From assembly GCA_963779615.1 (NCBI GenBank), contig CAVZZA010000001.1:224001-288000 (forward strand): 64,000 nucleotides of DNA, given 5' to 3'. Shown piece after piece: positions 47,838-57,638 of this stretch. How positions within the stretch are numbered: the first letter of the stretch is position 1; every line of letters starts with the position of its first letter. Below the pieces are notes generated by a model. That model made no database searches and was not told the DNA's origin. It was given only the letters and a program-made list of their open reading frames with translations. The position numbers were made by a program, and so were the translations under genes. Origin of the DNA: an uncultured Nitrososphaeraceae archaeon (GTDB lineage: Archaea > Thermoproteota > Nitrososphaeria > Nitrososphaerales > Nitrososphaeraceae).

Positions 47838-48506
47838 GGCTCTGTTAACTTAAGAAAAAGCTATAGTCGCGATTATGCCATAAGCAATATTGACATACAG
47901 AAGGCAGAGAACCAAACCGAAAGATGTTGCCTATTCCCTATATCTTTTCTTCCTGGGTCTCTCTTGTAGAAGCACCGCAAAGGCGTTGAAACGATTTGTG
48001 AAAAGGAGCCATATGTATCAGTCTGGAAATGGATTCAAAAATACAGGCCAAAGAGACTATCAACCAGGAGAAAAAAGATTAATGGATACATTGTTGGTGA
48101 AACCCAGATTAAGGTTGGCTCCCAATGCATATGGCTTTGGGTTGCAATTGAGCCAAAACACAGGGAAATTCTTCAGATTGATGTGTCAGTTGAAAGAGCA
48201 ATGCTAGTTGCCGAGAGATTTATTGCGTCTCTGGTAGATAGGTATGGAAAGCATCCAGTTTCCACCGATGGGGGAACTTGGTATCCGCAAGCATGCAGGT
48301 TCCTGAAACTGAAACATCATTTGCATTCCCCTTTTGAGAAAAGATTGATAGAAAGGGCGATGCAGTACATCAAGGACAGGACAGAAGGATTTGATGACTA
48401 CTTTCCATGCCGAAAAAAGAAATGCAAACTAAAGCATGTAAAACAATGGTTGAACCTGTTTGCTTATTACCACAATAGCGGAATAATCTCTTAAGTTAAC
48501 AGAGCC
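47838..48506 (+). mobile_element. IS6-family insertion sequence (669 bp), transposase frameshifted
   Basis: Perfect TIR GGCTCTGTTAACTTAAG / CTTAAGTTAACAGAGCC and 8-bp DR ATCGTTAC (47830-47837, 48507-48514). Motifs STDGGTWYPQAC and IERAMQYIKDR. Confidence 0.94.
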
Positions 48507-48791
48507 ATCGTTACATATGTAAAAAAAAGGAATATCTTTTTACTTTTGGCAAAGACAGCCCACTTTAGAAGGTGGCTGTACTAAACACTCTTTTTTTTCA
48601 CTTCATTAATAACTTTTACCCATACTTTTAAGATAAGTATATCTAGATATTTTTATAATTCAATGATAATATTAATAGTCATATTCGTATTTGTTATCAT
48701 ATTAACATTGATAATGCAAGGAGTTATTACAATAAATCAATTTAAGGATTATTATAAAGTAATAGATATGTAATAATGAGTATACACAAAG

Positions 48792-49556
48792 GTGTCAGAA
48801 ATTGAATCTACATTTGTAGTTCTATCAAGGGACTACAATAGGGTATATGATTTAATTAGTGAATGTATATTTAACAAAGGGTATGGAATTGAAAAAAATG
48901 AGATTCAAATATCTGATGCATATTTTGACTCAAAAGATGAAATTTTAAAAAATAAAGACATCGCATTGCGTATTCGAACTATCAATGGTAAAATAACTAA
49001 AATAACTTTAAAAATACCAAGAAATGTCACTGAGAATTATTCGGAAAGGATTGAATTAGAAGAGAATTGGTCAAAAGAATCATTAAATCAAATTCTGTCT
49101 AGATTAAATTCCTATTTATATATCGATATAAATAACACTTCATTCAAATATGATGAGGACCCTAAAATATCCTTATTAAACCAGGGGTTTAAAATAATTC
49201 AAAATAGAGAAACCACTAGAATAGTTATAAATGCTGTTGATAAAAAAACTAAAGGAACAGCATTTGAGTTTGCATTTGATACAACTACATATATTTTTGA
49301 TAGCGATGTAATAAGAATTATGGAATTAGAAATAGAATCAAAAAAACACGGAAATAACATAAAGTTAAACAATTTTGTAAACAACCTTAAAGTGAATCGG
49401 TCCTTACTTAAAATCTGGCCTTATAGTAAACTACTAACAGGAAAAGCTATAGAGATATTATTAAACAATAAAAAATTAAAAGAAATGCAAGATTATGATG
49501 AGAAAAATATTTTAACTTTACCCGGGTTGAAAAAGGTTGAATCAATTATAAAATAA
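48792..49556 (+). CDS. CYTH-domain (triphosphate tunnel metalloenzyme) protein
   Basis: EIE, DAYFD, LRIR, TLK, ER-x-ELE, FD and ELEIE. Confidence 0.88.
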   Translation: MSEIESTFVVLSRDYNRVYDLISECIFNKGYGIEKNEIQISDAYFDSKDEILKNKDIALRIRTINGKITKITLKIPRNVTENYSERIELEENWSKESLNQILSRLNSYLYIDINNTSFKYDEDPKISLLNQGFKIIQNRETTRIVINAVDKKTKGTAFEFAFDTTTYIFDSDVIRIMELEIESKKHGNNIKLNNFVNNLKVNRSLLKIWPYSKLLTGKAIEILLNNKKLKEMQDYDEKNILTLPGLKKVESIIK

Positions 49557-49705
49557 AAATATTTAAAAAGGATTGATACCGATAACTGATATATTGCTTA
49601 ATCTTTAGGCTTCATGTTATTTGGTTTACTTAATAATTGTAATTAGTATTACCTAGTTATTATTAGATTTTTTAGGAGATTATTTAACGTTAGTTATTAA
49701 TTTTG

Positions 49706-50381
49706 GGTTCTTCACCTAAGAAAATGCTATAGCTTGAAGATGCCCTGTTTCTCGTATGAGTGGTACAAGAAAAAAACATATCCTCTTCAGAGCATATGGA
49801 TTATGAATTATATTTTTATTTTTCCCGCCCTGTTATTAAGAGGAGCCTCTGAAAGTTGCTTGTTTTGTCAAAAGAAACCATGCATCCATCTGGAACTGGA
49901 TAAAAAATACAGTCGGAAAAAACAACATCAAAGAAAAAGAAGTTGAGGGGCATGTCATTGATGAGAATGCTATCAAAAAAGTTGGCTCGGCAATCTGGCT
50001 CTGGGTTGCTACAATCGAGCCCAATAACAAGGAAATCCTTGCAATAAGCATATCAAAAGAGCAAAACATGTTTGTGGCAGAGCGGTTTGTATCCAGTTTA
50101 ATCAAAACTCATGGTGAGCATCCTGCTATATCAACAGATGATGGCGGTATCCGGTATCCCCAAGCATGCAGGTTCTTAAAGGTAGGCCGTCATCTTCATC
50201 CCCTTATTGGAAAAGCATCATTGAGAGGACAATGCAGTACATCAAGGATAGTAGAACTGATAGTTTGATGTTTACTTTCCCTGCAAAAAGAAGAAATGCA
50301 AACTAAAGCATGACATAAACTGGTTGCATCTTTTTGTAGATTATCATAACAAGGAATTAAAATTCTTAAGTGAACAGAGCA
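49706..50381 (+). mobile_element. IS6-family element, decayed
   Basis: Degenerate left end GGTTC-TTCACCTAAGAAAATGCTATAGCTTGAAGATGC and right TIR TTAAGTGAACAGAGC. Fragments VIDENAI, MFVAERF and YPQACRFLK; no DR. Confidence 0.88.
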
Positions 50382-50469
50382 GGATTTGCTATTTTGTAAA
50401 TATAATAATCATATAGTCCACTGTTAAATAGCAACTTAATTTAAATCCTGTTTAATTTGTGTTTTATTT

Positions 50470-52296
50470 TCAGTTTGTTAAATTAGTCATCCACCCTAAT
50501 TTTCTGAAATACCATATCATTACAATTGTTAATGCAATAGATAGGAAGATTGTTAAAAAAAGTGGAAAATAATTGTATATCGAATTACTACTATTCACAC
50601 TCCCTGGGATACTAATATTCATTCCATAAAATGTGCCTATTACTGTTATTGGAATGGATAATGTAAATAATATAGTTAAAAAACTTAATATTTGATTTGT
50701 ATATTTTTTTTTTTATTGTAATTGAATTTGTTGTGTTAAGAGTTGGTTCTCTCCACAACCCATCGTTTATTCTTCACAGAAGGATCGGTCTTTTCGCATG
50801 TCTTCGCATTTTGCTGCTGTCCCCTTTTTCTTTTGTGTGGCATATGAGGAACATATCCCCGGTTGGTTATTTGCGTCTCCATTGCTTTGGAAACATACGC
50901 CCTGTCAAGGCACAGGTGCTGGCATTGCTTTCTCATCCTCTTATTCTTTGTGAGATGTGACTCGGATGGCCGCTTGACAACCTCGTTGTCGACAACATCC
51001 GTTACCGCCTTTATGTCGTGGGTGCTTGCCGGGGTTATGGCAACGGACAGCGGTATTCCATTTTTGTCCGTTAAAACGTGCTTTTTTGTGCCCAGTTTGC
51101 TCCTGTCAACAGGATTATTGCCCAGTCATCGCCCCCCCAAGGGTGACTTTATGGATATGCTGTCAAGCGATTGCCATGTCCACCGGATTCCTTTTTTGTT
51201 GTCATAGTCTTCTAACACCCTGGCCCATATCTTTTTGAAAATGTTCCGGCCAACCCATTCCTGGAACCGCCTGTGTCATGTTGAACCGGAACCATATTCC
51301 TTGGGAAGCATCTTCCACTGGCATCCGGTCCTTAAAACATAGACAATGCCATCCATCACTTTTCTATAGAGAACGATTGGGCGACCAACAGTATTGCCAA
51401 GTTTTTCCACAGGCAAAACGGTAACAATTTCATCCCATAGTTTATCCGGAATCCTGGTGATGGTTTGTTTACGCTTTTCTGCTTCTGATGATGCTGATGG
51501 ATGTGGGACACGTGAAAGCGGAAAAGAGTTTTTTCACTACTTAGCATAAAATCTGTATCCTTGAATATTTCAATAGTTTCCTTTGATTCATCCATAACTT
51601 CTAAAACTTTTGAGATATGATCATTTATATCATCAAAATAAGAAATCAAGTCCTCATCTTTATCCTCCTCCTCATCACTACTTGAGAATTTCTTTATATC
51701 TCTAGAGGTTAGTTCTAACATTATCCTTTTTAAAGGAATTACTATTCTTCTAAGCGTTGTTATTTCTCTTCTTTGAATTGCTATCTCTCTGACAATATCT
51801 ATCTTCTCATCAAATACTGCGTCTTCAATATCATCTAAATTTCCTATCACTTTTATTGATATGTGAAATAGATCATCTACCAAAACATCTACAATACTAT
51901 GTAATAGATATCCAGACGTTCTCCCCATAATATCGATTTTATTGTTAGGATCTCCAAATTTACACAATAGAAAAAGATCGGTTAAGGGTTTTAATCTCCT
52001 TGATGAATTGATATTATCCAATTTTTACCTATAAATAATGATAATTGGCCAAAGCTTGGAGAGTTTTTGTCTTTATGAATGGTTGGGAAATGAAGAATTA
52101 TAAAAACATGATCTTCGTATCTATCAATTTTTGGTAAATTGTTTTTTGATAGGCAATCCTCAATATTTAATTCATGAATGGGAAATATATTGGTGATGAT
52201 GTTCATCTTATCCCTTGTAGGTTTTTCAACATATACCCATAATAGATCTTCATTTTGGACTGTTTCAAGCCCTTTTATATGATTAGGTAAATGCAT
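50470..52296 (-). pseudogene. corA: CorA Mg2+/Co2+ transporter, frameshifted (~51993) and split by an IS5 fragment
   Basis: The N-part (IHELNIEDCL, PKID-x-Y) ends ...LSSEKT at ~51527. The C-part, absent from the ORF track, resumes at ~50700 as TNQILSFLTILFTLSIPITVIGTFYGMN...YFRKLGWMTNLTN* (GMN signature). Confidence 0.92.
50701..51526 (-). mobile_element. IS5-family transposase fragment without recognisable ends
   Basis: Minus-strand frame reads IPDKLW...GRP...DGIVYVLRTGCQWKMLP-x-EYG...RRFQEW...LDS...G-x-KKHVLTD...D-x-AY...RWVVERTNS*, with an internal stop near 51277. Confidence 0.9.
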
Positions 52297-52370
52297 TATC
52301 CGTGGCCTTGTTTTAACGCTATAGTAGTAAAATATTTGTTAATACTAGAACTTATGTTATCTAATTAATT

Positions 52371-53529
52371 GAGCCCGGGTCATAATTCATAACAAATAAA
52401 GCTAGTCCAGTGGGGTATCATATTTTGGTTGAAACAGATACTGCCCAAAAGACTAGCAACAGATTGTTCATCATCCATTCTAATTAGCATTTTGCATACC
52501 ATAGGGTTGATTGATTGGTCATGTGACAATATCAGTCCAAGCAGTAGTCATCGTAGGGGTAGGCCTTATGTCTATTCCACTACCATGATTTTGAGATGCT
52601 TTGTAGTGCGTATGTGGTTACGGCTTGATTCAAACAGGGCACTGCATCAATATCTTTCCATCGACCTGCCACATAACAGGAAGGTGATGAAAGCATGCGG
52701 TTTATCCAAGTCACCACTGCCAAGCAGACGCACCTTCGATAGACGTTTAAAGATTATCTCTATCGATATCAAGAAAAGGATTGCAACAATGGGGCGTCTG
52801 TTCGTTTCAGAGGGTTTGGTCAACCCGTTCATAACGGCAATAGACAGTACACTTATCAAAGCAAAAGGTCACGTCTGGCACAAATCCTCGATGGAAAAGG
52901 ATACATACCACGTTCGGGTATTGACACAGACGCAAGGTGGGGCTTCAGTCATACGAAAGGATGGATATTCGGGTACAAGTTGCATTTGATATCCAGTACC
53001 GGTTCCATGTCTGTACCCCTATCGGCTGACGTCACAACAGCAAATGTACATGACAATCAAGCCTATCCAGCAATAGCGTCCCGTTTACCCTCCATAACAA
53101 CAAAGAAAACACACTACATGACTGCAGACCCCGGATACGATGACCAAAACCTGTATGATTTGAGCATGGATATGGGATTTCAGCTGATATGTCCTGTAAA
53201 AAGGTATAGAAATACCCCACAAGAAAGGATAAATCTGATTGATTTCTATGAATCCGCTCTAGGACAGGTCATATACTCAAAGAGAGGCACATCCATAGAG
53301 CCGCTGATAGAGCACATTAAATCAGTCTTTAGAATAGACCCATTACCTGTGAGGGGACACGATAAGGTATGTGCAGTTGTTCTTCTTTGAGTATTGCTCT
53401 ATCAGATACTCGTATACTACAACTGCAAGATGCAAAAGGACAATCCAAGAGCAATCAAGCATATGATAGGAAGTTGAGAAAATCCCAGAACGTTGATTAA
53501 ACTATTAAAATGAATTATGACCCAGGCTC
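52371..53529 (+). mobile_element. DDE (DDE_Tnp_1-type, IS982/IS5-like) insertion sequence, 1159 bp, transposase with frameshift and nonsense codon
   Basis: 20-bp TIR GAGCCCGGGTCATAATTCAT / ATGAATTATGACCCAGGCTC (1 mismatch), with AATTAATT on both sides. Motifs AIDST, DARWG, GYKLH, NVHD, ADPGYD and R-x-SIE. Confidence 0.9.
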
Positions 53530-53946
53530 AATTAATTATTTAATTTATTATATATTATACCTAAATCCTTTTTCAGTATGGCAATTGGGATGAATTTCCA
53601 GTGAACTTGATTATATAAACAGCCTTGGTGCGATTACTATCGCAAAATATGGCCATGAAATGAGATTTAGGATTGGATTTTCGATATTAGGCATTATGGC
53701 TTGTTACTACTAAATATTAATTGATCCAATACCAAAATTACATCTAAACACCCATACTCCATGTATATCAATAGAAAATAATTGATGGTATTGAATAATA
53801 TAAAATCCAAAACGGTATCGATTGCAATCCCAATGGCAATTTCAATGGCAATAATTACAGAAAATATAATGGCATGATACAGTATTCATTACTGGCCCAC
53901 ATACAATTAAAACTTTACAGACAAATAAACATTAGAAAAAGTTTTA

Positions 53947-54783
53947 TCATAAATTATACAAATCTGTTCTTCTGTTTCTTAACAAAGGAAGATCATTTCG
54001 AACTATCTTAATCCTTTCAAGATCCAAGTCAATTACTTCCAAACCTTCTTTAGCACCCATATCCAGAATTACGATTCCAAATGGATCTATTACCAAGCTA
54101 CGTCCACAAAAAACATTGCCTACCTGATTTGGAGCTATCAAATAAACACCATTTTCTATAGATCTAGCCTTACACATAGTTAACCAATGATCTTCCTTCA
54201 TTGTTCCCTGAACCCATCCCGAGGGGGAAACCAACGTATTTGATCCTTCAATAGTCAATATCCTACTTAATTCTGGAAAACGCAAATCATAACATACCAT
54301 TATCCCCAATTTGCCCAATGGAGAATCAACAGGTGAAAAAAGTTTATCCCCTGCTAATAGCTTTTCTGACTCTTTAAAACCAAGAGCATCATAAAGATGT
54401 AATTTTCTATATCGTGTAACCAGTACCCCTTTATTATTTATAAATAGCGCAGTATCATAAACGCAGTATTGGTTGTCAATATCCTTTTTAGTTGGTTTAT
54501 CAGAATCCGTAGCTGATCGTTCATATATTGTTCCTATAATAGAGATGTCATTTGCTTTAGCGCTATTACATAATTCTTTAGTAAAATTGCCATTAACTGA
54601 TTCTGAAATTGAGAACAATTCTCTAGAGGTTTGAGAATTTGGGGAAAAAGCCATCTGAAATTCAGGAAAGCAAATTATTTGTGCTTTTTTCCTCTGGGCC
54701 TCTTTAATCATCTCCAAAGAAAAAGTTAAATTCTTATCTTTATTGACAGAAGATTTCATTTGAACAATGGCAACTTTTACCAT
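53947..54783 (-). CDS. Carbon-nitrogen hydrolase (Nit1/deaminated glutathione amidase-like)
   Basis: Catalytic triad in FPE, YRKLHLYD and VCYDLRFPE; RSIEN. Confidence 0.92.
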   Translation of the reverse strand: MVKVAIVQMKSSVNKDKNLTFSLEMIKEAQRKKAQIICFPEFQMAFSPNSQTSRELFSISESVNGNFTKELCNSAKANDISIIGTIYERSATDSDKPTKKDIDNQYCVYDTALFINNKGVLVTRYRKLHLYDALGFKESEKLLAGDKLFSPVDSPLGKLGIMVCYDLRFPELSRILTIEGSNTLVSPSGWVQGTMKEDHWLTMCKARSIENGVYLIAPNQVGNVFCGRSLVIDPFGIVILDMGAKEGLEVIDLDLERIKIVRNDLPLLRNRRTDLYNL

Positions 54784-54926
54784 TTAATTTTATCAGATAT
54801 TAAATACAATAACAAATATTAAAATTTAAAAACAATTTCGAAAATCAGGCAAAAATGTTTAATAATATTTAAATTTGTATGATAATGATTTACAAAGAAG
54901 ATAAAAAAATGTAAATATAGTTGTGA

Positions 54927-55466
54927 TTGTTTAAAAAATTAATGAGTGTTGCAGAAAAACCTAATGAACTCCTTACACTTGACCCCAGAATAAAATTTGT
55001 CGGGGTTTTAAAAGAGGGCAACATGGAATTAAATTTTAAAGAGTCAAATGAAGATATTGAAAATAATAGTGCAAAATTAGGCTGTATCCAAACTCCCCAC
55101 ATTATAGAGATAGGTGAAAGATTTTCAAAAGAATTAGGAAAATTGGAATACATATCTTTTGAATACGACAAGGCAAAGATATTTGATTTAACAGCAAAGG
55201 AAAAAACTGTCACCTTTGCGACTACAAAAGACACAGACAATGATGAAATCGTAAACAAAGTTTCAAATCACATATTGAATCCAGAAAAAGATAGACCAGG
55301 CAAAATTGATGACGAAAAGAATTTGTCCATGAAGAGTAGTTACGACAATCCATGGCAAAGCCATATGCTAAATTGCATAAAACTCTTTAAAGAGTTCACG
55401 AGGGTATCCCTCTATGTTAACGAAAAAACCGTAAAAACAGCTTGGAAAAAATACAATAAACAATAA
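54927..55466 (+). CDS. Hypothetical protein with roadblock/DUF6659-like N-terminal domain
   Basis: LDPRIKFVGVL...LGKLEYI-x-x-EYDK resembles 19332..19739. Confidence 0.6.
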   Translation: MFKKLMSVAEKPNELLTLDPRIKFVGVLKEGNMELNFKESNEDIENNSAKLGCIQTPHIIEIGERFSKELGKLEYISFEYDKAKIFDLTAKEKTVTFATTKDTDNDEIVNKVSNHILNPEKDRPGKIDDEKNLSMKSSYDNPWQSHMLNCIKLFKEFTRVSLYVNEKTVKTAWKKYNKQ

Positions 55467-55516
55467 CAACAGAAAGATTGGGTATTGCCGGTATTGGAAA
55501 CTCCATTGGTAATCCA

Positions 55517-55888
55517 TTACAACAAAGCAATGCTTTTCCAATCAGGCAATGAATAAAAATTTAACAAATAATCCCCACAGAAAAGTGAATTGTCATTTAC
55601 ATTGCAGGATAGGTTCGGAGTGACTAATGCTAGGACAGGAAAACTATTGATAACCTTATCTGACATTTTTATAAGATTGTGTATTTCATACCCTTGTATT
55701 TTAGGTATTTTGCTGCTTGACTTTATCTGTATCAGCCAAATCAAACCATTTTTCATGGCAACAATATCAGATGGGCCTTTACTTCCCTTAGAGAAAAATA
55801 CGTTCCAATCATTAGATTTAAGACACAAACCAACTAAAAATTCCGCATCACGCCCAAATTTACTAAAAGAATAATACAGAATAAACAT
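55517..55888 (-). CDS. Hjc-like PD-(D/E)XK nuclease (Holliday-junction resolvase family)
   Basis: G-x-x-AE, GSKGPSDIVA and LIQIKS. Confidence 0.75.
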   Translation of the reverse strand: MFILYYSFSKFGRDAEFLVGLCLKSNDWNVFFSKGSKGPSDIVAMKNGLIWLIQIKSSSKIPKIQGYEIHNLIKMSDKVINSFPVLALVTPNLSCNVNDNSLFCGDYLLNFYSLPDWKSIALL

Positions 55889-55990
55889 TGGATATTAAAG
55901 CATATAAATTTTTTACTATATCTTTGATTAAAAATTTCAAACCATAGCTAATTTCAATAGACTTTTAATTTAAATCACCTAATAAGAAAA

Positions 55991-56539
55991 ATGGTAAAAA
56001 GGGGTCTTTTTGTCGGCAGGTTTCAACCGTTGCATCATGGACATTTAAATTCAATAAAAATTTGCCTTAACAGGGTAGACCTACTAATAATCGCTATCGG
56101 TAGTGCAGATAAAAGTTTCGAGGTCAAAAATCCTTTTACTGCAGGGGAGAGAATAGAATTCATAAGAGAAACAATTTGTAAAGAAATCAACAAGGAAGCA
56201 CTACAAAAAATAATTCTCATACCAGTTCCAGATATAGGAATACACAGATTATGGACACATAATGTTGATTCACTGGTACCAAGATATGATATGGTATTTA
56301 CCAATGATCAATTTACAACTATGCTGTTTAAAGAGAGAGGGATTGAAACAATCCATCCGGAAATAATCAACAGAGAAAAGCTTTCGGCAACAGAAGTCAG
56401 ACATAGAATTGCAAATGATAAAAATTGGATGGAGTTGGTGTCTAATGAAACAGCAAGGATCATTGAGGAAATAAAGGGGGTTGAAAGAATCAAGGCAATT
56501 AACAACACAAATCATCAAAATGAACACCATCAACAATAA
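55991..56539 (+). CDS. nadM: Nicotinamide-nucleotide adenylyltransferase
   Basis: FVGRFQPLHHGH, IGSA, NPFTAGER and SATEVR. Confidence 0.95.
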   Translation: MVKRGLFVGRFQPLHHGHLNSIKICLNRVDLLIIAIGSADKSFEVKNPFTAGERIEFIRETICKEINKEALQKIILIPVPDIGIHRLWTHNVDSLVPRYDMVFTNDQFTTMLFKERGIETIHPEIINREKLSATEVRHRIANDKNWMELVSNETARIIEEIKGVERIKAINNTNHQNEHHQQ

Positions 56540-56573
56540 AAAATTAATTCAAAATCAAATCATAAACCCATAA

Positions 56574-57638
56574 TTGCTAATAATAGACGGATCAACCGGT
56601 GAAGGTGGGGGTCAAATACTCAGAAGCGCTTTAACGATTTCAACTATTGTCAAAAAGCCTTTAAAAATAATAAACATTCGGACAAAAAGAAATAATCCGG
56701 GGTTGAGGCACCAACACGTTACAGCAATAAACATTTTATCAAAAATTTTTAACATTGATGTCGAAAATGTAGAAGTAGGATCAGAATGGATAAATATAAT
56801 ATTTGACAAGCATAACAAAAAAAAAGATAGTGACCTAAACAAAGACATCCTAAATATCGATATCGGGACTGCAGGGAGTATTCCATTGCTACTACAAACC
56901 TTGGTTCCAACCATCGCGATTTCTAAAAAAGATATCACGTTACAATTGACAGGAGGGACGGATGTAAAATTCAGTCCTACAATAGACTATATGGCATATG
57001 TAATGAAGGAAGCGTTTAAAAAAATAGGAATATCTTTCAATATAAATGTAATAAATAGAGGATTTTATCCAAACGGCAAAGGAACCATTAATTTAGACAT
57101 TCAGAAGGCAAACACCCTTAATCCAATAGATTTTTGCAATTTTAAAGAAGTAAACCCAAACATAATAAGTATCGCAGGCAAGTTACCAAAACACGTCACG
57201 GACAGGCAAATAAGCAGCGCTTTGTCAAACTTGGAGAAGAATGGGATAAGATGCCACAAACATAGGTCATCAATGGAGAATTCAATTAGTCCGGGTTCAT
57301 CCATTTTGATATACGCAATATCGGAGTCTGGAATTTACCTGGGAGCAGATTCGATAGGTGAAAAAAATATAAAAGCTGAAACAATAGGGTTTAATGCATC
57401 TAAAAAATTTATAGAGGAGTACAAGTATCAAGCTTGTGTAGACTCACATTTGGCAGATATGCTGGTATTGCCACTGAGTTTTGTCAAAGAAAAATCAAGG
57501 TACAAGGTATCAAGAATTTCAAAACACCTGTTAACTAATCTGGAACTAATCAAAAAGGTAAATGGAATGGAATATCAAATAGATAAATTTTCAGAGAATG
57601 AATATATTGTAACAATAAAGGGCTCTCAAACTATTTAA
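56574..57638 (+). CDS. rtcA: RNA 3'-terminal phosphate cyclase
   Basis: IDGS-x-GEGGGQILR, PGLR-x-QH, GGTDV, RGFYP and D-x-HLAD. Confidence 0.95.
   Translation: MLIIDGSTGEGGGQILRSALTISTIVKKPLKIINIRTKRNNPGLRHQHVTAINILSKIFNIDVENVEVGSEWINIIFDKHNKKKDSDLNKDILNIDIGTAGSIPLLLQTLVPTIAISKKDITLQLTGGTDVKFSPTIDYMAYVMKEAFKKIGISFNINVINRGFYPNGKGTINLDIQKANTLNPIDFCNFKEVNPNIISIAGKLPKHVTDRQISSALSNLEKNGIRCHKHRSSMENSISPGSSILIYAISESGIYLGADSIGEKNIKAETIGFNASKKFIEEYKYQACVDSHLADMLVLPLSFVKEKSRYKVSRISKHLLTNLELIKKVNGMEYQIDKFSENEYIVTIKGSQTI

Noticed and set aside
47838-50381. Composite transposon carrying the CYTH gene between two co-oriented IS6
   Set aside because: The left copy has its own matching DRs, the two copies are quite divergent, and the outer flanks do not match; independent insertions.
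53540-53900. Possible MarC-like membrane-protein remnant (SLGAITIA...FSILGIMACYY)
   Set aside because: Multiple stops and only a vague resemblance.
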